DNA of 64,000 nt from positions 63,325-127,324 of the forward strand of contig NZ_DLHL01000001.1 in NCBI RefSeq assembly GCF_002483225.1, given 5' to 3'. The notes beneath the pieces are model-generated. The model was not told the DNA's origin, ran no database searches, and worked only from the letters and a program-made list of their open reading frames with translations. Shown piece after piece: positions 18,020 through 27,168 of this stretch; positions within the stretch are counted from its first letter, which is position 1, and each line of letters begins with the position of its first letter. Made by a program: the position numbers and the translations under genes. The DNA comes from Gemmatimonas sp. UBA7669. Its GTDB lineage: Bacteria > Gemmatimonadota > Gemmatimonadetes > Gemmatimonadales > Gemmatimonadaceae.

Positions 18020-18691
18020 ATGCGGATACTCGTCATCGAAGATGACCACCTCGTCGCGGATCTGATGCGGCAGGTGCTGGTGGACGACGGCTACACGGTG
18101 GACGTGGCGGCAGCGGCCGAAGAAGGTCGGCAGTTGGTGGCGGCGCAGCCCTACGACGCCATCGTGCTGGACCTCGAGCTGCCCGATCGCCACGGCATTC
18201 AGTTGTTGCAGGACTTCCGTCGGGAAGGCAGTACGATTCCCATCGTGGTGGCCACAGCGCACGACAGCAACGCGGATGTGGTCCGCGCTCTCGATGCAGG
18301 CGCCGATGACTACCTGCCCAAGCCATTTGCGAACGAAGTCCTCGCCGCGCGCGTGCGTGCCGCGGTGCGACGTGGCGGCGCGCGCAGCATGGAGAAGGTG
18401 CAGGTCGGTGATCTGACTCTGCACCGCGTGAATCACGAAGTGCAGTGTCACGGTCAGCTGCTCAATCTCACGGCGCGGCAGTACGCGCTGCTCGAGTACC
18501 TGGCCATGCGCGCCGGCGAAACCGTGCGACGCTCGGCGCTGCTCGAGCACGTCTGGCACCTCAAGTTCGACCCCGGCTCGAACGTGGTCGACGTGCACGT
18601 GGCGCAGTTGCGCAAGCGGCTGCGCGATGCCAACAGCACGGTGGACATTCGCACCGTGCGCGGCGAAGGCTACGCGCTCGACGTGACCTGA
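18020..18691 (+). CDS. OmpR-family response regulator (no adjacent kinase)
   Basis: ILVIEDD, VLDLELPD and GADDYLPKPF receiver motifs; NVVDVHV...IRTVRGEGY winged helix. Confidence 0.95.
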   Translation: MRILVIEDDHLVADLMRQVLVDDGYTVDVAAAAEEGRQLVAAQPYDAIVLDLELPDRHGIQLLQDFRREGSTIPIVVATAHDSNADVVRALDAGADDYLPKPFANEVLAARVRAAVRRGGARSMEKVQVGDLTLHRVNHEVQCHGQLLNLTARQYALLEYLAMRAGETVRRSALLEHVWHLKFDPGSNVVDVHVAQLRKRLRDANSTVDIRTVRGEGYALDVT

Positions 18692-18726
18692 TCGTCACCT
18701 GATTCGCTGACGCGACCGGGGTCGAA

Positions 18727-18996
18727 TCAGGACTCCGACAACGCCCGGGAGACGAATTGCGTCATCGTCTCGCCGGGCGTTCGTGTGTGATGGGCCGCGG
18801 GCACGGTGAGCAGCGGGTCCAGCACGCACACACGCACGCTGCCGTCTCCCGTGGCTTTGGCCAATTCGGCCGGTCGGCTGGCCAGCCGCACCCGCCAGCC
18901 CGCCGCCCGCGCAAGGCGGTCAGCTTCGCGCCGCTCCTGGGGGCTGCCGCCGTAGAACACCACCACCAGCGGCAGGCCGTGCACGGCGAGGCTCAC
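18727..18996 (-). CDS. Small hypothetical protein
   Basis: GTGA overlap with the RidA stop; 89 aa; no recognised motif. Confidence 0.4.
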   Translation of the reverse strand: MSLAVHGLPLVVVFYGGSPQERREADRLARAAGWRVRLASRPAELAKATGDGSVRVCVLDPLLTVPAAHHTRTPGETMTQFVSRALSES

Positions 18997-19451
18997 CCGG
19001 CTGCCTGTGGCACGGCCTGAGGCAGCACCGCAATGGCGGCGATCTCCACCAGAATGCCGCGCAACGACGCACCTACCACGGCGCGTGTGGGGAACGGCGC
19101 CGTGAACACCGTACGATATACCGCGTCGAAGGTGCCCCAGTCCTTTTCGTCGGCGAGATACACGGTCACGCTTACCACATCGCGCAACGTGGCGCCACCA
19201 GCCAGAAGAATGCGCTCCAGGTTGGCGAGCGTCACGCGTGTCTGTTCTTCCACCGTGCTGCCCTCGATCTGCCCGGTGGCGGGATTGCGAGGGGTTTGTC
19301 CCGACACGAACAACAGCCCATTTGCGGTGCGGACGCCCGGCGAGTAGGCTCCCGCAGGCGGCGGCAGGTCCGGCAGCACCACCGGAGTCCAACTCCGGGT
19401 GGTGTCAGAGTTCGCAGGCCGGGCAGGGACAGCGTTCTGGTCTGGCGTCAT
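18993..19451 (-). CDS. RidA/YjgF family enamine-imine deaminase
   Basis: GAYSPG...LFVSGQ...QTRVTLANL...YRTVFTAPFPTRAVV...VEIAAIA. Confidence 0.92.
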   Translation of the reverse strand: MTPDQNAVPARPANSDTTRSWTPVVLPDLPPPAGAYSPGVRTANGLLFVSGQTPRNPATGQIEGSTVEEQTRVTLANLERILLAGGATLRDVVSVTVYLADEKDWGTFDAVYRTVFTAPFPTRAVVGASLRGILVEIAAIAVLPQAVPQAAG

Positions 19452-19475
19452 TATCTCGGGTGGTGGAGGATAGCG

Positions 19476-20612
19476 GTGGGAACATATCTCGAGCAGCTCG
19501 AGACGCCGGTACCGATCGTTGATCTCGATCGGCTCACGACCAATCTGGACCGGATGGCGGCCTACGTCACCCTCCACGGTCTGCAAGTGCGTCCGCACGT
19601 CAAGACGCACAAGTCGCCACGCATTGCCGCCGAGCAGTTGCGACTGGGCGCGGTGGGCCTCACCTGCGCCACGCTGCACGAGGCGGAAGTCATGAGTGAG
19701 GTCTGCGACGACCTGCTGATCGCCTATCCCCCCGTGGGGGCCGCGCGCCTGGAGCGGCTCATGCGTCTGCCCGACCATGTGCGGGTGCGCGTGGCGGCAG
19801 ACGATCCGGCCTCATTGGACGCGCTGGGCGTGGCCGCCAAACTCGGACGCCGCATTGTCGATGTGCTGGTGGAAGTGGACCTCGGCATGCACCGCGTGGG
19901 CGCCACCTCGCCAGCCAAGGCCCTGGCGGTGGCGCAACAGGTGGAGCGGGCTTCGGCGCTGCGTTTTGCGGGGCTGCAGTTCTATCCGGGCCACATTCGC
20001 GCGCATGTCGATGAGCAGGCGCCGCTGCTGCGGCAATTGTCGCAGGATCTCGCGCAGTACATCGAGGTACTCACCGACGCCGGTCTCGCGCCGCCCACGG
20101 TGAGTGGTGGCTCGACTCCGGCTGCGTGGCGCATGCACGAAATTGCCGGCGTCACCGAGGTCCGTCCTGGCACCTACGTGTACAATGACCGCACGACGGC
20201 GCAGATCGGGGCCTGTGACTGGGAAGACTGTGCGCTCACCGTGCTGGCCACGGTCATCAGCACGACGGTCAAGGGTCAGGTGGTCATCGATGCCGGCACC
20301 AAGGCGCTTGGGCGCGAGCCACTGCGCGCCGAAGGCGAGGGCTACGGCGCGGTGCTCGAGCATCCGGATGTCGTGGTCTCGCGCATGTCCGAAGAACACG
20401 GCATCCTCGACCTGTCCAAGTCCTCCTGGCGACCGCGTCTCGGCGAACAGGTGCGCATCGTGCCCAATCACGTGTGCATCGTGGTGCATCAGTTCGACGA
20501 AATCATTGGCGTGCGCGGGCATGTGGTGGAGACGCGCTGGCCGGTGGCCGCGCGCGGGCGCGCATCCAATCAGACGCTCGAATCGCCGGCCGGCCGTCCG
20601 CGGGCGGTTTGA
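19476..20612 (+). CDS. D-threonine aldolase / D-serine dehydratase-like fold-type III PLP enzyme
   Basis: RPHVKTHKS (PLP Lys), SGGSTP, EVRPGTYVYND, DAGTKAL, SEEHG and PNHVC; divergent from RidA. Confidence 0.88.
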   Translation: MGTYLEQLETPVPIVDLDRLTTNLDRMAAYVTLHGLQVRPHVKTHKSPRIAAEQLRLGAVGLTCATLHEAEVMSEVCDDLLIAYPPVGAARLERLMRLPDHVRVRVAADDPASLDALGVAAKLGRRIVDVLVEVDLGMHRVGATSPAKALAVAQQVERASALRFAGLQFYPGHIRAHVDEQAPLLRQLSQDLAQYIEVLTDAGLAPPTVSGGSTPAAWRMHEIAGVTEVRPGTYVYNDRTTAQIGACDWEDCALTVLATVISTTVKGQVVIDAGTKALGREPLRAEGEGYGAVLEHPDVVVSRMSEEHGILDLSKSSWRPRLGEQVRIVPNHVCIVVHQFDEIIGVRGHVVETRWPVAARGRASNQTLESPAGRPRAV

Positions 20613-20647
20613 GTGCACGACCGCGTGAACGTCTGAGCAACGCGGGC

Positions 20648-21928
20648 ATGACGGCGCGTCGCATTCTGCTCGTGGACGCCGACGCGTTTTTTGTGGCCGT
20701 GGCGCGGCAGGTGGATCCGGAGGGCGCGGGCAAGGCGCCGCTGCTCATCGTGGGCGGGCGTCCGGGCTCCCGTGGCGTGGTCTGCTCGGCGTCGTACGAA
20801 TGCCGCGCCTATGGTGTGCGCTCGGCCATGCCCATTCAGCGCGCCCTCAAACTCTGCCCGGAGGCCACGTGTGTGCCGGTGCCGCGTCAGGCCTGCAGCG
20901 CGCGCAGTCGAGACATCCAGGCCGTGCTGGCGCGCTTTGCGCCGGTCGTGCAGGCCTCGAGCATCGACGAGTGGTACTGCGACCTGGGCGGCACGGAGGC
21001 GCTCTACGGCCACGAGCCGCTCGATGTCACGGCGCATCGCATTCGGGACGCCGTGTTCGAGGCCACGGGGCTGCGGGTGTCCATCGGCGGCGCCACCTCC
21101 CGTCTGGTGGCCAAGATGGCCGTCGAGGTGGCCAAGCCCAAGCCGGGAACGGGCGCCAGCGGCGTGCACTGCGTGCCTCCGGGCACGGAAAGGGCCTTTC
21201 TGGCCCGTTTCCGCCTGTCGGACATCCCGGGAGTCGGTCCGCGCTTCGCGGAGCGTCTGGCGCGCATGGGGCTGGTCACGGTGCCCGATGCCCAGGCCTG
21301 GCCCGAGGAAGCCCTGGTCCAGCGCCTGGGAGAGCGCGGCGGGCAGTGGCTGGCCCGCCGGGTCCGCGGCGAGGACGAGAGTGTGGTGTCGTCGCGCGAT
21401 CGGCAGAAGCAGGTGAGCCGAGAGAGCACGTATGGCCGCAATCTGGAGGACGACGAAACCATACAGCGCGAGTTGCTGCGGCTGGCGGTGCGGGTCAGCG
21501 CCGACCTGCGGCGTCAGGCGCTACGGGCGCGCACGGTTACCGTCAAGCTGCGCACCCCCGACTTCGTGACCCGTACGGCGCAGCGCTCGCTGACCCGTTT
21601 TGTGGACTCCGAACGGGCCGTGTCTCGGGTGGCCAGCGAATTGCTGGGCCAGTTGCGCGCCGGACGGGGTGGGCCGGTGCGTCTCCTGGGGATTGCCCTG
21701 TCCCACTTTGACGACGAAGACGTCCCGCTGCCGCCAGCCCTGGCCCAGTTGGGCCTCTTTCAGGACCCGAAGGCCGCCGCCGCCCCGGAGGCGGTGCCTG
21801 ACGAGGCCAGGGAGCAGGCGCTGACCCGGGCACTGGACCGCATCCGCGGGCGTTTTGGCAGCGATGCCATTCTTCCCGCCCGTCTGTTGGACCGGGCGCC
21901 CGATACCGGGCCAAGGGTGGAAGAATGA
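20648..21928 (+). CDS. dinB: DNA polymerase IV
   Basis: LLVDADAFFVAV, SASYECRAYGVRSAMP, SIDEWYCD and IPGVGP Y-family motifs. Confidence 0.95.
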   Translation: MTARRILLVDADAFFVAVARQVDPEGAGKAPLLIVGGRPGSRGVVCSASYECRAYGVRSAMPIQRALKLCPEATCVPVPRQACSARSRDIQAVLARFAPVVQASSIDEWYCDLGGTEALYGHEPLDVTAHRIRDAVFEATGLRVSIGGATSRLVAKMAVEVAKPKPGTGASGVHCVPPGTERAFLARFRLSDIPGVGPRFAERLARMGLVTVPDAQAWPEEALVQRLGERGGQWLARRVRGEDESVVSSRDRQKQVSRESTYGRNLEDDETIQRELLRLAVRVSADLRRQALRARTVTVKLRTPDFVTRTAQRSLTRFVDSERAVSRVASELLGQLRAGRGGPVRLLGIALSHFDDEDVPLPPALAQLGLFQDPKAAAAPEAVPDEAREQALTRALDRIRGRFGSDAILPARLLDRAPDTGPRVEE

Positions 21929-22016
21929 CCGGACAGGCTTTACCTTGCGCGTGCTGCGGCGGACCCAGTGGTCTGGCCGCCCTCTCCATCAAGCCGGATG
22001 TTCCTCGGGGTTCCAG

Positions 22017-22271
22017 ATGAGTGCTACTCAGTACGATCCGAACAAGTTGGGTTGGGGCGCGGCCCTCGTGACCTGTGTGCTGACCGCAGCGCTCGGGTTC
22101 GGCGCGTACACGATCCACAACAACACCTACCGTCATCCGCGCGATCCGATGGCCAAGCAGGTGTATTATGAGCGTGACAACGCCAAGCACGCCGGCGGTG
22201 GGGAGCATGCGGCGACGGGCGAGTCGCACGGAGCCGAAGCGGCGCCCAAGGCCGAGGGCGCGGCGCACTGA
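22017..22271 (+). CDS. Small membrane-anchored hypothetical protein with His-containing tail
   Basis: 84 aa, one TM segment (GWGAALVTCVLTAALGFGAY), followed by a clear terminator. Confidence 0.65.
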   Translation: MSATQYDPNKLGWGAALVTCVLTAALGFGAYTIHNNTYRHPRDPMAKQVYYERDNAKHAGGGEHAATGESHGAEAAPKAEGAAH

Positions 22272-22294
22272 GGAGTTCGGGTTGTGATGGCAAG

Positions 22295-22330
22295 ACGCCG
22301 CGGTCAAATGACCGCGGCGTTTCCTTTTTT
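22295..22330 (+). terminator. Rho-independent terminator
   Basis: ACGCCGCGGTC-AAAT-GACCGCGGCGT followed by TTCCTTTTTT. Confidence 0.88.
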
Positions 22331-22369
22331 GCGTGAGGTTGTGCCGAGCCGGAATTGTTCTTTGCGCGA

Positions 22370-22515
22370 TCCACTGCTCTGGGCCGTGCGCCGTGGGCTA
22401 TGAGTGTGCGTGGTGTCGCGTCGGGATCACGCGATCCGCAGCTTCCGGATAGCGTGATGCGGCAGCATGAACCACGCACACTCATAGCCCACGGCGCACG
22501 GCCCACAGCAGTGGA
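22370..22515. repeat. Long inverted repeat element (45-bp arms, 1 mismatch, 56-bp structured spacer)
   Basis: Arms at 22370-22414 and 22471-22515; inner ATCACGC/GCGTGAT and ATCCG/CGGAT stems. Confidence 0.9.
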
Positions 22516-22552
22516 CCGGGGCAGTTGACGCAGTTCAGTCGAGATTATCCCC

Positions 22553-24175
22553 CTACCTCACCGGCAACGTAAACCAGAACGTCGCCCCCTTCCCCGGCTC
22601 CGAATCCACCCCGATCTCGCCGCCGTGCGCCTCGACAATGCCCTTGGCGATATACAGCCCGAGCCCCGAGCCCGCACGCAACAGCCGCGGCGCCTGCCAG
22701 TAGCGTTCGAACAGGCGCGGCACGTCGTCGGGCGCCACCCCAGGTCCCGTGTCACTCACCGCGACCCGCACCGCGTCATCGTGCAGCGTGGCCGACAGCA
22801 CAATGCGTCCACCTGATGGCGTGAAGCGCACCGCGTTGCCCAGCAGGTTCGACAACACCTGCTGCAGCCGCTGCCGGTCAGAGAGCAACTGCGGGAACGG
22901 TCGGTCGATATCGCGCACCAGCGTGAGCCCGGCATCGGCGATGACCGGCTCGAACAGATCGGCCGATTCCTTGAGCAGGTTGGCCAGCATCACCGGACGC
23001 TGTTCCACGCGCAGTCGACCCGCCGAAATGCGCGTGACATCCTGCAGATCCTGAATGAGCCCGTCCGCCTGACGGGCGGCCGCGCGAATCGCTTCCACCT
23101 CATCGCGCGCCATGAGTGGCACGTCGTCCTGCACGTCATCGGTGTCGCGGCCGAGCACCGCGCCGGTGAGCATCACAATCGCGTTCACCGGGTTGCGGAG
23201 ATCATGCGACACGATGGCCAGCATTTCGTCGCGCTCCCGCACCGCGCGTCGCGACTCCTGATACAGCCGCGCGTTCTCCAAGGCGAGCGCCGCCAGTCCG
23301 GCGAACTGATCGCCCACATGCATTTCGTCGATGGCGTGCGACGCGCCAGGCCTGGTGCGCACGAGGTGGAGCGCGCCGATGGCGCGCCCCCCCGCACGCA
23401 ACGGCACGAGCAACACCGCACTCGCGCCCAGTGACTCGGCGCGCGCGCGCGATTCGGCGTCCGGGAAGTTGGCCTGCAACCACGCGCCCATGTCGGTGAC
23501 CCGCTGCGCTTCCATTTCGTGCGCGACCCGCGCGCCGCTGGCAATGCGCGGCTCATCGGGCACGGGCTCGGCATGACGCATGACCAGCGCCGCCGTGTCC
23601 TCGTGGCGATGTGGATCCATGTGCGTGGCGGCGGCACGCCTGATGGCCCCATCGGGTGTGAGCAGCTCCAGCAGGCTCCAGTCGCCCAGCAGCGGCACCG
23701 GCAGTTCGGCAATCGTGGCCATGGTGGACTCCACGTCGAGCGAGGCGGCCAGCACCCATCCTGCCGTAGCCAGCAACTTCTGCCTTTCCTCCCAGCGGCG
23801 GCGCTCACTTACATCACGCAGCGTGACCATGAACGTGCGCTCGCCGTTGATCGTCACGCGCGCAATGGACGCCTCGGCGGGAAACTGCTCGCCGTTCTTG
23901 CGCAGCCCGGCAATCTGCCGACGATCAGCCATCGTGCGTGCGTCGCTGGGCCCCTCGGCGAACGTGCGCATGTGGCCACGATGTACCGCGCGGGAGGCCA
24001 TGGGCAGCAGGCGATCGAGCGCCTGCCCCAGCATCTCGGCCTCCATCCAGCCGAAAATCTGTTCCGCACCGCGGTTGAACCGCACGATGCGGAAATTGTC
24101 GTCCAGCGCGATGATGGCGTCGGATGCGATATTGACGACGGCCGCGAGCGCTGCATGCGAGTGCGAATCGGTCAT
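22553..24175 (-). CDS. Cytoplasmic PAS-GAF sensor histidine kinase
   Basis: PAS (FNRGAEQIFG...GLRKNGEQFPAE), GAF, H-box VSHDLRNP, N-box NLLGNAVRF and GLGLYIAKGIVEAHGG. Confidence 0.95.
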   Translation of the reverse strand: MTDSHSHAALAAVVNIASDAIIALDDNFRIVRFNRGAEQIFGWMEAEMLGQALDRLLPMASRAVHRGHMRTFAEGPSDARTMADRRQIAGLRKNGEQFPAEASIARVTINGERTFMVTLRDVSERRRWEERQKLLATAGWVLAASLDVESTMATIAELPVPLLGDWSLLELLTPDGAIRRAAATHMDPHRHEDTAALVMRHAEPVPDEPRIASGARVAHEMEAQRVTDMGAWLQANFPDAESRARAESLGASAVLLVPLRAGGRAIGALHLVRTRPGASHAIDEMHVGDQFAGLAALALENARLYQESRRAVRERDEMLAIVSHDLRNPVNAIVMLTGAVLGRDTDDVQDDVPLMARDEVEAIRAAARQADGLIQDLQDVTRISAGRLRVEQRPVMLANLLKESADLFEPVIADAGLTLVRDIDRPFPQLLSDRQRLQQVLSNLLGNAVRFTPSGGRIVLSATLHDDAVRVAVSDTGPGVAPDDVPRLFERYWQAPRLLRAGSGLGLYIAKGIVEAHGGEIGVDSEPGKGATFWFTLPVR

Positions 24176-24257
24176 GGACGACAATCAGGCTGGGGGAGAG
24201 GCGTTCTGCCAGTCGTTCGGCAACGATTTGCATCGTGCAGGATCAACCAGCAATCAC

Positions 24258-26123
24258 ATGCCACGATCCATTTTACGAGGTCTGTCTCCGCTTCCGCCAG
24301 CCGCGCTCGCCTTTCTGCTCGTGGGCGGCGTGCTGTGGATGCTGGACCGCGGCAGCGCGTGGAGCCACCACATCTGGTTGGCTGGCCTGGTGCTCACCGG
24401 CCTGCCGGTGGCCTGGCGCACGCTGCGTGGCATGCTGCGCGGCGAGTTTGCGGCCGATGTGGTGGCCATGCTCGCCATTGTCGGTGCCGTGCTGCTGGAC
24501 CAACCACTGGCGGGTCTGGTGGTGGTACTCATGCAGACGGGGGGCGAGGCGCTGGATGCCTACGCCGTGGCGCGCGCGTCGGACGCCGTGGAAGCGCTGG
24601 AAGCCGATGCGCCGCGAACCGCACACCGGCTGGTGAACGGTCGTGTGCAGGACATTGCCGCTGAAGACATCGCGCTGGACGATGTGCTGCTCGTGCGGCC
24701 CGGTGAGTTGGTGCCCGCCGACGGCGTGGTGACCGATGGGTCGTCGCATGTCGACACGTCGCGACTCACGGGCGAGCCCGTGCCGCGGCGTGTGGGCGCG
24801 GGTGCGCAACTGCAGTCGGGGTTCGTCAATCAGGAAGGCGCGCTGCAGATGCGCGCGCTGCGCCGATCGCAGGACAGCCAGTACGCGCAGATCGTGGAGC
24901 TCGTGCGCCGCGCGCAGGGATCCAAGAGTCCGCTGCAGCGCACGGCGGATCGCTGGGCGGTGTGGTTTACGCCGCTCACGCTGCTGGTGTGCGTGGTGGC
25001 GTGGTGGGTATCACGCGATTGGTCGCGCGTGCTGGCCGTGCTCGTGGTGGCCACGCCCTGCCCGCTCATTCTGGCGGCGCCGGTGGCCATCATTGGTGGC
25101 ATCAACCGCGCCGCGCGGCGTTCCATCATCGTGCGCAGTGGCGCGGCGCTCGAGGGCCTGGCACGCGTGAACATGCCGGTATTCGACAAGACGGGCACGC
25201 TGACCATCGGGCAGCCTCGTGTTACGCATGTGCAGGTGAGCGAAGGCGCTGACACCTTGCTGGCCCTTTCGCGCGTGGGGGCCGTGGAACAAGGCTCAGG
25301 GCACTTGCTGGCGCGGGTGCTGGTGCACGAAGCCGAGACGCGCGGCGCGCCGCTGCGTGTGGCAAGTGCGTTGGTGGAAACACCGGGGCGCGGCGTACAG
25401 GGCGTGGTTGACGGCATCGTGGTGGCCGTGGGGGCGCTGCCCTACGTGCGCGAACAGTTTGCGGCGCATCACGAGGTGCTGGCGCGACTCGATACGCTGG
25501 ATGACGGAGCGGACGGATTGCGGGCCTGGGCCGGCATGTCCGACGGCGCGGTGGCGCGCATTCAGTTTGCAGATACGCTGCGCGAGGATTTGGCGCCGAT
25601 GTTTCGTGAACTCGCGGAGCTGGGCTTTGCGCCCGCGCTGCTGTTGAGTGGTGACAAGGCGGTCAACGTGCAGGCCATCGCGCGCGCGGTGGGTATCGCC
25701 GAAGCCGAGGGCGATCTCACGGCGGAGGACAAGGTGCGGCGTGTGGCTGCGCTCGAGGCCGCGGGCCATCGGGTGCTGATGGTTGGCGACGGCACCAACG
25801 ATGCACCGGCGCTGTCAACGGCCACGGTGGGCGTGGCACTCGCCGGCCACGGCGGTGGTGTGGTGGCCGAGGCGGCTGATGTCGTGCTGCTCATTGATGA
25901 TCCCACGCGTATTCCGGAGGCGGTGCGCATTGGCCGGCACGCGCTGGGCATCGCGCGTCAATCGATCTTTGTGGGCCTTGGCCTGTCGCTGGTAGGCATG
26001 CTGTTCGCCGCAGCGGGCATGCTGCATCCGGTGGCGGGTGCGCTGGTGCAGGAGGCCATTGATGTGGCGGTCATTCTCAATGCGCTACGGGCGGCGCGGG
26101 CGCCGGGAACTGCGGGAGCCTGA
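24258..26123 (+). CDS. Heavy-metal P1B-type ATPase (TPCP / QExxD, P1B-5-like)
   Basis: LTGEP, VVATPCPLIL, FDKTGT, GDGTNDAPAL and QEAIDVAVILNALR. Confidence 0.93.
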   Translation: MPRSILRGLSPLPPAALAFLLVGGVLWMLDRGSAWSHHIWLAGLVLTGLPVAWRTLRGMLRGEFAADVVAMLAIVGAVLLDQPLAGLVVVLMQTGGEALDAYAVARASDAVEALEADAPRTAHRLVNGRVQDIAAEDIALDDVLLVRPGELVPADGVVTDGSSHVDTSRLTGEPVPRRVGAGAQLQSGFVNQEGALQMRALRRSQDSQYAQIVELVRRAQGSKSPLQRTADRWAVWFTPLTLLVCVVAWWVSRDWSRVLAVLVVATPCPLILAAPVAIIGGINRAARRSIIVRSGAALEGLARVNMPVFDKTGTLTIGQPRVTHVQVSEGADTLLALSRVGAVEQGSGHLLARVLVHEAETRGAPLRVASALVETPGRGVQGVVDGIVVAVGALPYVREQFAAHHEVLARLDTLDDGADGLRAWAGMSDGAVARIQFADTLREDLAPMFRELAELGFAPALLLSGDKAVNVQAIARAVGIAEAEGDLTAEDKVRRVAALEAAGHRVLMVGDGTNDAPALSTATVGVALAGHGGGVVAEAADVVLLIDDPTRIPEAVRIGRHALGIARQSIFVGLGLSLVGMLFAAAGMLHPVAGALVQEAIDVAVILNALRAARAPGTAGA

Positions 26124-26130
26124 AACACGA

Positions 26131-26154
26131 AGCGCCGCCCGGTTGGGCGGCGCT
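26131..26154. terminator. Hairpin between convergent genes
   Basis: AGCGCCGCCC-GGTT-GGGCGGCGCT. Confidence 0.65.
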
Positions 26155-26183
26155 GGTGTCTTGGGGATTACGTGGAGAGTTGC

Positions 26184-26870
26184 TCAGGCCTTGCGGCGGC
26201 GGGCAACGAAGCCCAGGCCGGCGAGGCCGGCGGCGAGCAGGCCGAGTGACGCGGGTTCGGGGACCTGCTGAGTCGTTACGATTGTGGCAGCGAGATACTC
26301 CGGTCCGCCAGCGATGTCAGAAAAGGTTCCGCCAGCACCAAGTCCACCGTTCGGGTTTGCCGCGATGAAGTTGTCGAAGAGGCCCCAGGAGGACTGCGAA
26401 ATTCCAAAGACGAGTCCAAGCGCGCCAAGGCCCTGTCCACCGGTGTACGTACCCTTATCGTCTTCGATCAGGTCGAACTGAACAAAGGTTGTGGCATCAG
26501 CCCACAGCCGGAGGTTGAGAGACAAAATGTTCAGATCGCCATCACTGCCCGGCTCATTGCCGTTCAGGATTAGCCTGAAGGTGGAGCCCTGCAAGTTGAC
26601 AAACTCCGAGAATGAGCGGAACGAGCCCTGAGAAGGGCCAAGGCTCACACCGTTGTCAGCCACGCCACAATTGGTGGTCGAGTTGCCCCAGCCTACGCAA
26701 CCCCCTTCGGTCGTGCTGTTTCCCTTACCCTTGAAGGTGACAATGACCGACTGACTCCCAAAACCGTTTCCGAGATCAACGATCTCGCCTGTGTAGAACA
26801 TCGATCCTTGCGCGGCGGCAGTCTGCGACCAAACGGTGAAAGCAGCTGCGATAACGAGTTTCTTGAGCAT
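26184..26870 (-). CDS. PEP-CTERM sorting-domain secreted protein
   Basis: Signal peptide; C-terminus VPEPASLGLLAAGLAGLGFVARRRKA; visibly lower GC than its neighbours. Confidence 0.92.
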   Translation of the reverse strand: MLKKLVIAAAFTVWSQTAAAQGSMFYTGEIVDLGNGFGSQSVIVTFKGKGNSTTEGGCVGWGNSTTNCGVADNGVSLGPSQGSFRSFSEFVNLQGSTFRLILNGNEPGSDGDLNILSLNLRLWADATTFVQFDLIEDDKGTYTGGQGLGALGLVFGISQSSWGLFDNFIAANPNGGLGAGGTFSDIAGGPEYLAATIVTTQQVPEPASLGLLAAGLAGLGFVARRRKA

Positions 26871-26911
26871 TGTTCGGATCCCGAAGGGGGGTGGAGTGAT
26901 TCCCGTTACAC

Positions 26912-26990
26912 TTCAATCCCCGTGCCAATCCATCACATAGATGATGCACGCTTAATGTTGTGTAAACCATTAATTTTCAACATTTTACAC
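26912..26990 (-). promoter_or_regulatory. Sigma54-type promoter plus palindromic upstream site for the PEP-CTERM gene
   Basis: Minus strand TTGGCACGGGGATTGAA (26928-26912; -12 reads GA instead of GC); GTGTAAA-N17-TTTACAC at 26960-26990. Confidence 0.55.
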
Positions 26991-27168
26991 TCTACAGGGC
27001 AACCAAGAACAATGAAGATCTCTTCACCATTTACATTGATGCTGCAGGCGAGCCACACCACGTGTCAGTTCCGAGCCACAGTCCGCACAGTCGAGGCAAA
27101 AATGCAACGGGTGGCTTTCACGCAAAACTGCGGAGCCACCCGTCCAAGAAGATGCGCTTGGCACCGAC

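Noticed and set aside
24272-24290. TTTACGAGGT upstream/at the start of the P1B ATPase as a sixth operator
   Set aside because: It matches only a half-site plus spacer (no GTAAA arm) and lies inside the coding region.
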